NCBI GenBank assembly: GCA_043228905.1
Contig: JBHGNT010000021.1
Span: 10,788,001 to 10,852,000 of the forward strand
Length of the DNA stretch: 64,000 bases
Source: Azolla caroliniana
Taxonomy: Eukaryota; Plantae; Polypodiophyta
Reading direction: 5' to 3'
In this document: positions 1 to 12,248 of the stretch, piece after piece
Numbering within the stretch: position 1 is the stretch's first letter
How the letters are laid out: the number at the start of each line of letters is the position of its first letter
Program-made: the position numbers and the translations under genes
Notes under the pieces: generated by a model
What the model saw: only the letters and a program-made list of their open reading frames with translations
Databases searched by the model: none
Told to the model about the DNA's origin: nothing

Positions 1-900
1 GCTAACTAAGTGAGTAGTATATTGTGCATGATTAGTACTACTTGTGTAAATTGGGAACTAAGTGAGCATTACATTGTTCGGGATTAGTACTCCTTGTGTA
101 ATTTGCTAACTAAGTGAGTAATATATTGTGCATGATTAGTACTACTTGTGTAAATTGGGAACTAAGTGAGCAGTACATTGTTCGGGATTAGTACTCCTTG
201 TGTAATTTGCTAACTAAGTGAGTAGTATATTGTGCATGATTAGTACTACTTGTGTAAATTGGGAACTAAGTGAGCAGTACATTGTTCGGGATTAGTACTC
301 CTTGTGTAATTTGCTAACTAAGTGAGTAGTATATTGTGCATGATTAGTACTACTTGTGTAAATTGGGAACTAAGTGAGCATTACGTTGTTCGGGATTAGT
401 ACTCCTTGTGTAATTTGGTAACTAAGTGAGTAGTATATTGTGCATGATTAGTACTACTTGTGTAAATTGGGAACTAAGTGAGCATTACGTTGTTCGGGAT
501 TAGTACTCCTTGTGTAATTTGGTAACTAAGTGAGTAGTATATTGTGCATGATTAGTACTACTTGTGTAAATTGGGAACTAAGTGAGCAGTACATTGTTCG
601 GGATTAGTACTAGTTCAGTGATTTAGGAAATAAGTGAGTAGTACATTGTTCAAGATTAGTACTACTTATTAATTTGACTAAGTCAATGGTACATTTTTTG
701 GGATTAGTACTTGTGTAATTTGGTAACTAAGTGAGTAGTATATTGTGCATGATTAGTACTACTTGTGTATATTGTGCATGATTAGTACTAATCGTGTAAA
801 TTGGGAACTAAGTGAGCAGTACAGTGTTCCTTATTAGTACTAGTTCAGTAATTTAGGAACTATGTGAGTAGTACATTGTTCATGATTGGTACATTGTGTA
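1..900. repeat. Tandem satellite, 104-bp unit made of two related ~52-bp halves, rich in AGTACT/AGTAC; degenerates after ~620
   Basis: GCTAACTAAGTGAG recurs at 1, 105, 209 and 313. The array lies upstream of a splice acceptor (ttgtag, 991-996), so it is probably intronic. Confidence 0.95.
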
Positions 901-996
901 AAATGGGAAGCAGCTCTTGTGACCTACATTATATATTTTAGATGATGGTACTAACATTCAAGGTTTTTTTGTTTCTTGCAATGAATGTTGTTGTAG

Positions 997-2777
997 TGTC
1001 AAGCAACTCCACGCCAGGGAAGGTAATGGAACAACCAGCCCCTGTGCCTAAACCCTCAATATCTGCTGCACATTCTAAGGTTTAGGGACCATCATTACCA
1101 ATAACCTATGATTTTTATGATGAGGATGAATGTATGAGAAGGGCCATTGGAGCAGTGGAACATATGCTTCTACAAACAAATTCCCCAAGCTCCGGTCAAC
1201 ATCAAGAAATAGAGCCCACTAAGAAGAGAAATGCAGTTTCTTTACAAATAGAGCCCAGTAAGAAGAGAAATGTTGCAAGAATGTTGTATGGAAACGGCAA
1301 GAAAGGCAAAGTTGAATGCAATGGTGAGTCATATAAGTTCTCACCTGTCTGGAGCATTGTCAACCTAATCCATTGTCTAATACCATGTACTTGTGTTACT
1401 AGCTGATGATGAAATGATATTTGGTGACGGAGATACGAGTCCAAAACCTGATCATGAAGATGAATTTATCACACTCCCAGGTACACGTCAAAAGCCAGAC
1501 TTTGGAAACAATGATTTAGCTCATAACAACCCTATTTTTGTTGTTATTATAGATCATAACAACATTGTTGAGCACCTAGATGTTGTGGAGAAGATGACCG
1601 AGCCCACCACTTGCAATGGGGTATCTACGGCTGTACAGTATGACGATGTAACATTAGGTAAAAATGTGGCCCTAAACCCTATGTTCATTGTTTGCAAACT
1701 TTTGAGTATGTGAGTTCATACCAATATTCTTTGGAATCCCATTAATTAGGTTTACAAGAGCAGTCTAATTCCCAACTGCAATCAAATGAATCGGGAACTT
1801 CATGGAGCACAAGTGCAGAATCAGATTCCCATCAGAGTCAGAATCAAATTAACCTTTGCAAGGAGGCAGACTCTGGAAGCACATCTTCCACACATGAGGA
1901 TTGTGAGAAAAATGAAGCATTCATATGTGAAGAGCAGTTGGCATGTACAAACAACACTATGTCTAAAGAAGCCTATGAGTGTGGAAAGAATATGGCAAGT
2001 ACTGAAGAGAAGATTGAAGCCCATGAAGAGTGTGGAAAGAATACGGCAAGTACTGAAGAGAAGACTGATTGTACTGATAATGTGGCAAGTGCTGAAGAGA
2101 AGACTGATTGTACTGATAATGTGCTAGTACTATCTAAAGATTCCCATGAGGATCATGGAAAGAACATTGCTAGTAATGAAGAGGAGCTTGATTGTACTGA
2201 GAATGTGCTAGTAGTGTCTTGTGAAGCCCATGAGGATCGTGGAAAGAACATCGTTTTCCCTGAAGATAAGCCTGATTGTACAGAATCCCATGAGGAGTGT
2301 AGAGCGAACAACGTTACTAATGAAGGTGGGCCTGATTGTACTCAGAGCGAACAACGTTGTCTTAAGAATGAGGTGACATCCATCGTACAAGAGGAGTTGA
2401 CCATGACTACTGCCACGGTCCACATACAGGAGTCTAATAAGAACGAGTGTATAGGCATCGGTGATGATGATAGGGCAATAAAGATCGCTAGGAGTACAAG
2501 CATTCAGGAGATGAGTGATAATTTGTCTATCGACAACACCTTTGTGGATTTGTGTACAAGCATTGCAGTTGCAGAAAACATAGTTGCTCTCTCAAGCTTG
2601 CCACCAGTACAAGGTGCCCGCGCATCCACGCCTGTCTCTGATGCCTCTGATGATGAAGTGCCACTTAGTCAGCTCATACCTAAAGGCTTTAAGATAAAGA
2701 AGAATGTAAAATCAGAAAAATCTGGCACCAACAACAAGCGCATTACAAGATCGGGCAAGTTACCCTCTAGTGCCTGA
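997..2777 (+). pseudogene. 3' exons of a spliced gene for an acidic low-complexity protein with E/D/C/T repeats; probable transposon accessory gene
   Basis: Exons ~997-1323, 1403-1657 and 1750-2777 join in frame through two phase-1 GT-AG introns. There is one in-frame TAG at 1083, internal repeats ECGKNxASTEEKTDCTDNV, and a basic C-terminal tail. Confidence 0.6.
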
Positions 2778-2906
2778 TTGTCTTTCGATTGTACTTGAAC
2801 TTTAGTTGTTAGTGATGTCTGAAATTGAACTATTTGGATACCAAAATACTGTTTCAATTGCCAATGTAAAAAATCCAGTTCATGAATCTGAAATAGTTAT
2901 ACCAGT

Positions 2907-3880
2907 GTGAAATCAAGTTCATGTTTAAGGATTGCTTCTATATTTTGCTCATCAACATATATCAAAAACAATGGGAATATACTTTTTGATCTAAGTATTC
3001 TTATTTTACAACGTTTTGTTTCTTTTTTGAGATCATCTCCTAATCCTCGCAAAGTCTTTCAGTCTATTGTAGATAAAATGCTTGAAAGTCTTCTTAGCTT
3101 GCTAGGAAAATTTAGGTTTTTAGGTGTTGATGATGAGAAACAGAAAATATCGGGTGTTATTGAAGATATACTGAAGTATAGACTGTTTCATCAATCCCAT
3201 TTGGACGGTAACCAGAATGTGTGCAAATTGTTGAAGCAATGTGGGCCATATTTTGATGATATCATCCCAAAGGATGAATCATCCACTAACAGTAGTAAGG
3301 AAACACTTACCTTTTTGAGCTATCACAAATTATTGTTTCAGAAGTTGGATTATTTTGTTAAGGAAAGGAAGGTCTGTACTTTAAAATCCATAGCCTGGAT
3401 ATTCAGGACTTATATACAAGAAGTATTTAAAGCTCAGATGGCTTCACGGGACATATCATGAAACAAAAAAGGATTCTGAGAGAATAATTTTCATTGTTGT
3501 CTTCACAGAATTCATCGCCCCCTTTGAAAAATGAACTTATAGTAGAAAATCTTACAATATTAAAGTCTTTAATGAATTCAACTAACAATCTTCTCTTGGT
3601 AGCAAAAGAAGAGCAGATTTATGTGCCAACAGAGGACACACCAACTCTGCAAAACTCCTATGCTCAAATAACATCAGGAAACATGAGCAATATCGGCAAT
3701 GAAGAAATCCAAGTCTTGTTGACAACAGCTAATATATTATGAAAGATAAGTACAAGTGGTTGAGAGGCATAAACCCTTTGGAAGAAAGACGAAATATATC
3801 AATTCATTTGTCAATCATCAAAATTAATAGTGAACTCCAAGTGGATGTTTTTCAGTTTTCTAGTACAATGTATTGATAGG
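2907..3880 (+). pseudogene. Internal fragment resembling plant URB2/Npa2 (nucleolar pre-ribosome factor)
   Basis: Motifs FLRSSPNPRKVFQSIVDKMLESLLSLL, IEDILKYRLFHQSHLDG, SYHKLLFQKLD and NSTNNLLLVAKEEQIYVPTEDT recall plant URB2, from memory. The frame is broken by stops/frameshift and there is no clear start. Confidence 0.55.
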
Positions 3881-3887
3881 GTGACTT

Positions 3888-6800
3888 TCAAGCATTAAAT
3901 AGAGAAACCTCCCCTAATATGTGCTCATGAACCTCTTGGGGGACCTTGTAGACAGTGTTGTATCCCTTAACCTTGTGCTTTGCTTGAGTCATATTGAATT
4001 TGATCGCAAGAATGGCACCAACGTAGATTATTGCGATGGGTGCTTCTTTTAGTAATGCATATGTGTTCTTGCACTGCGGCAACTTTGCATAATAGTTTCC
4101 ATACACGACAGACTCACCAACGTTGAAATTGTTGCCCCAACCATCCCTCACCACTTCTTTCAATAATGTCTTTCCTTGCTTGCACACCACAATGTAGTAG
4201 TCTTCTAAATCTTCATTCTGAGAATATTTGAGCACTGCAAAATGATCTCCAACTTCCAATAAAACTGCCAAGTCTTGATTTTGGTTGTAGTATACAATAT
4301 CGTTTGAATGCACATCCTCTTCAATATCATCTTGTCGTTCAGGCTCAAGCTTCTGCAGCTTCCAGGGCTCCACGATTGATAGGTTGATGCATTTATCCCA
4401 AGCTTCATCTAGACACATGGAACAAAAGCATGATAAACTACGGAGTAACAATTGGGTTGTGTCCTTGCGGCTAAACCCTAACACACAATGGGTGTTGCGT
4501 GTGCCTTTCACGGTTTTACAACCATATGATTTAGTTCTATCGACCTCATCAGCGCGAACTTCAACAAACAATCTGTTCTTACCATCATTTGACATCTTCC
4601 ATGTTAGCCACTGCACAACATCATGTGCATTTTGTAACTTAGCGCCATTATTATCCAACTGCTCACTTGTAAGGGCACGTTTGATCACAGCCCCCGCGCC
4701 ATCATGCTCTCCTTTTCCATGTCCAGACCCGAAGTAATTCCATTGCATACGAATATTGAATAAGGAGAAATACCTGCTTTGGTGAGTACAAGATGAGTAC
4801 AATACTATGAGTACAACATGAGTAAATACTGATTTAGTACAATTCTCTTAAGGACGGACAATACTATGAGTACAAGATGAGTACTTTACATCCTCCTGTA
4901 AACACAACATAGTACAGATACAACACACAACATAGTACAATGTGTCTATGGAGAACCCTTCACATGGATTAAAACATAATTAGTACAATTCTCTTAAGGA
5001 CGGACAATACTATAAGTACAAGATGAGTACTTTACATCCTTTTGTAAACACAACATAGTACAAAACCAACACACAACATAGTACAATGTGTCTATGGAGA
5101 ACCCTTCACATGGATTAATCGATACTTAGTACAATTCTCTTAAGGACGGACAATACTATGAGTACAAGATGAGTACTTTACATCCTCCTGTAAACACAAC
5201 ATAGTACAGATACAACACACAACATAGTACAATGTGTCTATGGAGAACCCTTCACATGGATTAAAACATAATTAGTACAATTCTCTTAAGGACGGACAAT
5301 ACTCTAAGTACAAGATGAGCACTTTACATCCTTCTATACACACAACATAGTACAATGTGTCTATGGAGAACACTTCACATGGATAAAAAGATCATTAGTA
5401 CAATTCTCTTAAGGACGGACAATACTATGAGTACAAGATGAGTACTTTACATCCTTCTGTAAACACAACATAGTACAATGTGTCTATGGAGAACACTTCA
5501 CATGGATTAAAAGTTACTTAGTACAACATAATACAAACAAAATTAGTATGCATGCATCCATTCACAAGTGCAAGATTCGAATAGTTACAAACATAATTAG
5601 TATGCATCCATGTGAATAGCACTGTTTGTTAATAATTACAAACATAATTAGTATGCATCCACTAACACAAGAATTACTTCCTTGCACATTGCATGATAAG
5701 TACAAAACATATGGATTAAAAATTACCTGGCGATAAAGTAGAACGATCGTGCCGCCTTAAACTGCGAGGCAGCACCATCAGACCAAACCCAATGACGGTT
5801 AAAGGTTAACCCTAGAGAAAATAAATCTGCATGGTGAAGCTTAAAACAATGTTGAACAAATAGTGTATCATGCTTTTTATCATCTGAAATGTAAAATATT
5901 GATTTCTTATGTAACTCATCGTCTTGCCTCCAATAGCAAATATGTACAAGTATTGTACATTGATCATTGTACCAATGCATTGATTGAACCTCATTTTGAA
6001 CTTTAAATGTATAGTTTTCTGCAAAATCAATAACGGATACAATGACACCCGTTGGTAAGTTATTAATACATTCCTTGAACTGTGAATTTTGCCAATAACT
6101 CCAGAAGTTATGTGGAATAAACTCCCCAAGTTGTTTCTTAAATTCTGAGACAAGGGTAGCAGCACATGTCTCCTTATATACTTCCTTGATACGCTTAGTT
6201 ACAACTCCCTTGCCAATATTTTCAGTCACATACTCCAAATATTTCCATTTCATGATATGACTATTTCCCATATCAAGCTCCTACCTACAAAATAATGGTA
6301 GCGGACAAACCTTACATGTTCTTAATAGACATGTACGACGATGCCACTCACATGATGGTTCTTTTTCACAAACACAAGACCTCCATAGCTCAGAAACGGA
6401 TGCATAAGTCATGTTTCGTGCATTACACCTATTATCCTCCCCATTTGGTTTACAAATCTCACAAGTGCAGACACATAATTCCCCATGTATACCCTTAGAA
6501 TCAGTACGCATTGCATTCACTGCTAGCCTTAACATGTCCATCTTCACATGGTACACACAACAACATTTATTCCTCTCATTTAATTTTCTAACATAAAATG
6601 GTTTCAAACCTTGGAACTTGCGGAATCCGACAGTCAAGCTTGGATGTTGGTCTTTAAAGTTCATGTACAATTCAGCCTACATCAACCAATATATATAGCA
6701 AACATTAATATACACTTGGTCAAAACACAAAGTTATGGAATGTGAATTGATATAAAAAAATGGAATACCTCTGTCATCTCCAAGAAGTGTCTAGGGTGAA

Positions 6801-7395
6801 TCTGGTACTTACCCTGACTTATTCGTTGTCTACACACGTCCTTCTTATTTGGTGAGACACACGTATTTTTGGCCCAAAATGAATCCACTTTCTCAATAAT
6901 CTCTTGAGATAAGGCATCACATCGTCGTCTACGTCCCGACCCCAGCCACTTGAATTTGCTTGAGTGTATATTTCGGCGATGTTTCCTCAAGTTCCTTCTT
7001 TGAATACCCAGGGCTAAGGCAACTTTAGTATCACTATATTTTTTTTCTCTCGCACTGTTCACAACCATGTGTAGGGGTGCCCTCTTTGCAGCAAGTTTGT
7101 CTAAGCTCTCTACACCTTTCACTAAGTCTAGGGATGACTTCATAGACTCCACAATCTCTTCTGAAACACATTGGTCCCTAAATTTTATTCTCTCCATGTC
7201 TTCATTCAAACTTTGATGGTGTAACACTCTACAGATAATATCCCTACGATCCTCTTCACTAAATCTCTTCGTTATTTCTACCAAATAACGGATTATGTGA
7301 AGAACCACTCGTCTCTTAGTCCTTTCAGATATGCATGAGTTACTTGACAACTCACTCTCGTTAGGAACCCCCATTCGGTCACTAGATTTATCCAC
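3888..7395 (-). pseudogene. Spliced RNase H-fold DDD transposase, Sola2-like; one in-frame stop
   Basis: Exons 7395-6769, 6676-5727 and 4773-3888, with GT-AG introns 6677-6768 and 4774-5726 that preserve frame. Motifs: CCCVYH..CxCxCxxC, DFAENY, QSMHW, SDDKKHD, WSDGAASQFK, WNYFGSGHGKGEHDGAG. TAG at 6281-6283. Confidence 0.75.
4790..5525. repeat. Tandem repeat, ~146-bp unit, ~5 copies, inside a transposase intron
   Basis: TTAGTACAATTCTCTTAAGGACGGACAATAC at ~4834, 4980, 5127, 5273 and 5396. Confidence 0.95.
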
Positions 7396-7429
7396 AAAAA
7401 TTAAGTGTCTTGCGAAAGTAGTTAATGTT

Positions 7430-8277
7430 ATATAGACTCAACCAAGAAAACACAATCAAATGTTTTTAAATGTGGCCTGCAAAGTGAGAAATATTTTGTT
7501 TCAAACATTAGAATTACATATCAAATATGACAAATGTCAATTCTAAAAATTTAGTACTGAAATATGAAGAAATGAAACATTTTAGTACTGAAAATTAAAA
7601 AAATGGATGGAAGGAACCTCCAATGGTGGAGGGAGCGTGGATATATAGACTCAACCAAGAAAACACAATCAAATCTTTTTAAATGTGGCCTACAAAGTGA
7701 GAAATATTTTGTTTCAAATATTAGAATTACATATCAAATATGGCAAATGTCAATTCTAAAAATTTAGTACTGAAATATGAAGAAATGAAACATTTTAGTA
7801 CTGAAAATTAAAAAATGGATGGAAGGAACCTCCAATGGTGGAGGGAGCGTGGATATATAGACTCAACCAAGAAAACACAATCAAATGTTTTTAAATGTGG
7901 CCTGCAAAGTGAGAAATATTTTGTTTCAAACATTAGAATTACATATCAAATATGGCAAATGTCAATTCTAAAAATTTAGTACTGAAATATGAAGAAATGA
8001 AACATTTTAGTACTGAAAATAAAAAAATGGATGGAAGGAACCTCCAATGGTGGAGGGAGCGTTGGATATGCCGCCTCGATTTGGTGGAAGGAACCTCCAA
8101 TGGTGGAGGGAGCGTGGATATGCAGCCTCGATTTGGTGGAAGGAACCTCCAATGGTGGAGGGAGCGTTGGATATGCCGCCTCGATTTGGTGGAAGGAACC
8201 TCCAATGGTGGAGGGAGCGTGGATATGCCGCCTCGATTTGGTGGAAGGAACCTCCAATGCTGCCTCGATTTGGTGGA
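7430..8277. repeat. Compound tandem repeats upstream of the transposase: 3 x ~212 bp, then ~5 x 52-53 bp
   Basis: ATATAGACTCAACCAAGAAAACAC at ~7430, 7643 and 7855; CGATTTGGTGGAA at 8077, 8129, 8182, 8234 and 8266. Confidence 0.92.
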
Positions 8278-10045
8278 AAAAGCCCCAAATCACCACGACA
8301 TCAACTGCAATCGGTGGAAGTACGAAAGTCGTTGTCGAAGAAGTGACTATTGGCTGCTACCTAAACCCTCAGAACAGTCTCTGTACCTCAACCGAAACCT
8401 AACAAAAACAAAAACCCTAAAAAAATCAGAAATCTTCGACTCAAACTCTCCAACCAGACATGGATGTCTGAGATTTAGATTGAAGGAAAATCAGAAACGT
8501 GACATGGATGTCTGTGATGAAAAGCTCAGAGGGATAGAGGAAGAACAGTATGAGGGGAATCGCCAAAACGACGTGAGGGGAAGCGCCAAAATCGACATGA
8601 GGGGAAAATAGCCCCCAAAATGGAAGAACATCTCCTCACGTGTTCCCCCCACTCCTTCTACAGTAAATGACACTTGTACTACAGTCACCCCACTCTCCAA
8701 AATCGATTTTCTTTTTCTCTAATTTTTTTTCTAAATTATTCAGTACTAACAGTATTGAAAGTACTGACAATTTTTGTGGCCAAAAACAGTACTTTTCTGG
8801 TACACCGTAGCGTGCTTCAACCCTAAAAGCATAGTGTAAAAAGGCAACTCATGCACATTTAGTGTGCATGAACACTTTAGAAAAAAAGAAGAAGAAGCAT
8901 GAAGCTATGCTTAGCCTCTTCTATCCTTATATAAGGAGGAGAGAATGATGTATGGGGGTTGTTGATTATTTTACAAAGATTTTGATCAATCTAATATATT
9001 CGTGGAATTCACAATTTTTTCCATCTATTTCTCTCTTATATTCTAAATATCAATTAATACACTATACTCGTGGGATTCACGAGTTTCATATCTTCCTTCA
9101 AATATATCTCTTTCTTGCAATCCATTCATAAGGAACCTTATCTCATATTCGTCTTTCTCCTAGTCCAAAACCTCAGTGGTTCCCACTCGACTCACGCAAC
9201 GATCCAGAGCCGAAAGGCATGACACCGTAAACCGTGGAACCAATTTCAATAATCCCGTCAACGGTAATGACATTTGGCAATCAGCCAAGATTTTCCAATC
9301 TTCCTCATGTTCCTGTACTGCCATTGCTCTGGGTAGCTTGTTAACTTGGTTTATCTCATTGTCCTACAGCATCCTGGACACATTATTTTTATTTGCTTCT
9401 TCCACCCATTCCTTGGCTAACACGTTTGCATTCACAAGTAGAAGGATCACGCATTCCATTTATAGATCCCTTTTATAATCTTGTGATTTTAGACAATTTT
9501 CAAAAACTTGATACACCAGTATCACATGTTTTAAATAGCATATAAAATTTGCTAATTTTTTGAGATTTAACAAGTTTCAAAATGATAATTTCTAAAATTG
9601 AATAGTTTTTCAGTAAATGTTTAAATGTTGATGGTTTGCATATATGAAATGTAGTTAACTTAAAGAAAATCACAATGGTTAACTCAAGGCACAAGTTAAG
9701 ATTAATAGTTTTGCCATCTTGATGAGATTAAGATGACATCTTTTGTTAGACTTGAAAATGTTTTAAGTATAAGAGGTAACATTGCAATCATTAATATCAT
9801 CATCTATAAATTTAGTGCTCACTAACATCCATAAATTCACAACTCAAGAAATGTAGACAATATTCATAAACAATTTTGATAAATATACAACTCCAAAAAT
9901 GTAGATGATATTCATAAATTGTCAAAACTATCAAACTTTAGATGTGAACATTAATATATCAAGTTGAACATATCACACAGCTATCAGGGTATCCACAATG
10001 TTATCCTCTTCTTCCTTTTGAGAATTCCCTTACAAAATTTGTGAA

Positions 10046-11392
10046 GTAAATGGCATTTGCGAAGTTCAATTACCATCAATACAATTATTAATAGTTTTAT
10101 GCTAATCAGTGAAGCACATGTTCACCATAAGGTATCTTGTTGTGCAATATACATCTTTGCAATATCGATATGCATCTTTTTCTCTTGTAAAAACATAGAT
10201 TTCAGTATAATTTTAGTTCATGTTTAAAAAACCTCTTTTATTTGAAAAACAAGAAGTTCATGTTGTATCGAGTTGATGTAAAAAACAGAGTTTTGATCAT
10301 AATTCCATACAATGTATTGAATTCATGTTCAATTTATTTTTTTACCAGATTAAAAAAATAATAATAATAATAAGTTGAGCTTGAGTTCATATAAAAACTA
10401 GATTTTTCATCACAATTCGATACAATGTATCGAGTTCATGTTTAATGTATATTTTTCTAATTTGTTTTCAATTTTTTTCAATTTGTTTTGATTTTTTTCA
10501 AATTTATTTATGGAAAAAAATAATTTTAAACCTGAATTCGATACATTGTATCGACTTGTGATGAAAGCTCTATTTTTTTCATCATTTATTAAAGCTCAAA
10601 AAAAAAAAAAACCAAAATAAATAGAAAAAAAAAGCATTTTTTTTAAAAAACCCCAAATAAAGCTTTAAACATGAACTCGATACATTGTATCGAGCTCATG
10701 TGAAAAAGTTAGCTTTTCAACATGAACTCGATACATTGTATCGAGTTCGTGTAGAAAAGTCGACTTTTTGACACAAATGTTTTTGTTTCTATTTATTTTG
10801 GTTTTTTGTTGTTTTTTTTGAAAAAAAAATTTGAGCTTTAATAAATGATGAAAAAAACAGAGTTTTCATCACAAGTCAATACAATGTATTGAATTCATGT
10901 TTAAAATTATTTTTTTTCCATAAAAAAAATCAAAAAAAATTGGAAAATATTGAAAACAAATTAGAAAAATATACTTTAAACATGAACTTGATACATTGTA
11001 TCGAATTGTGATGAAAAATCAGGTTTTTATATGAACTCAAGCTCGACTTATTATTATTAATTTTTTTTAAATCCGGTAAAAAAAACTTTAAACATGAATT
11101 CAATACATTGTATGGAATTATGATCAAAACTCTATTTTTTACATCAACTCGATACAACATATCGAGTTCATGTTTAAAAATATTCTTGTTTATCAAATAA
11201 AAGAGGTTTTTTAAACATGAACTTGATTCGTACTAAAATCTTTGTTTTTAGAAGAGAAAAAGATGCATATCGATAGTGCAAATAAGTATGTTGCATAACA
11301 AGATACCTTATGTTGAACATGTACATCATTGATTAACAAAAAACCATTAATAATTGTGTTGATAGTAATTCAACCTTGCAAATGTCATTTAC
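10046..11392. repeat. ~1.35-kb imperfect palindrome (foldback-like) with ~10 copies of an internal 31-bp palindrome
   Basis: The 10046-10620 arm is the reverse complement of 10800-11392. The motif CATGAACTCGATACA(A/T)TGTATCGAGTTCATG is repeated along both arms. Confidence 0.9.
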
Positions 11393-12208
11393 ATGGTCTA
11401 TAAAGTATTCTCGTGGTTCTCAATGACCATTTCAAGCACTTAATGTTGATCTTCATAGTTTGGTTCATCTACAACAGAGAAATATTTATGTGGAACAAAG
11501 GATGACAACATGAGCATAAGTCAAATGACAAGGAAACTTACAAGAATTCAAGGTGGGGATATTAATAACTACACATGTAGATGGCCATGTGCTAGGGTAC
11601 CAATTCTGCATTGGTAAAGTGTTGGACGTTGTCGTGAAGAAAACCATCCCTTAGCGCAATCGGTGCATAGCGCGCGTGAACCGGCTCTTCACGCATGCGC
11701 GCCCTTTAATGTATATAATAGAGAATTAGGTACAAAGGAATATCCTAGGTAGTTAGATTCGGTAGGTAGGAAGTTAATGAGGGAAACGGCTCCCTTCTTG
11801 AAGCGATAAAAGAGAGGGAGACGCGGGGGAGAAGGGGAATATTTATTTTTTTGAGGAGGACGAAGTGCTGTCGGACCGAAACCGAACGCTTCTCCTCTGT
11901 TCGTTCTTCATCGCTCTTCTCTGCAGGTTTTCGGGAGGCTTGTGCTGCTTCGAGGAACGCCCGTGTGCTTCCGGCAGCACCTCCATCCTATCCCCTTTCG
12001 TGCGCAGACGAGCAGGCATCGGCATCTGTTCGCCGACCTGTTCGGTTGTAACCGCTCGCGTGCTCTGTTGTTTATTTGTCATTCATTAATATACAAACAT
12101 TCGTGTCTCTCTGTCTCTGTGTCCATTCGTGTCTTCTGCGTTCACAGGGCCGTGTCCCTGTGGTCCTGCCTCGTTTCTCCACGCACACGCGTAGTAACGT
12201 GACATCTT

Positions 12209-12226
12209 TGGTGAACCCGACGTGAA
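12209..12226 (+). promoter_or_regulatory. Primer-binding site complementary to the tRNA-Trp 3' end
   Basis: TGGTGAACCCGACGTGAA is the reverse complement of TTCACGTCGGGTTCACCA, the plant cytosolic tRNA-Trp 3' end as recalled. Confidence 0.85.
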
Positions 12227-12248
12227 CAAGGCGGTAGAGGAGTAGAAG

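Noticed and set aside
1-900. Regular repeats resembling a CRISPR array (also 4790-5525 and 8030-8277)
   Set aside because: The intervening sequences are themselves repeated, so there are no unique spacers. There are no cas genes and the context is eukaryotic.
7939-8611. Multiple overlapping ORFs in several frames
   Set aside because: Artefacts of the 52-53-bp tandem repeat
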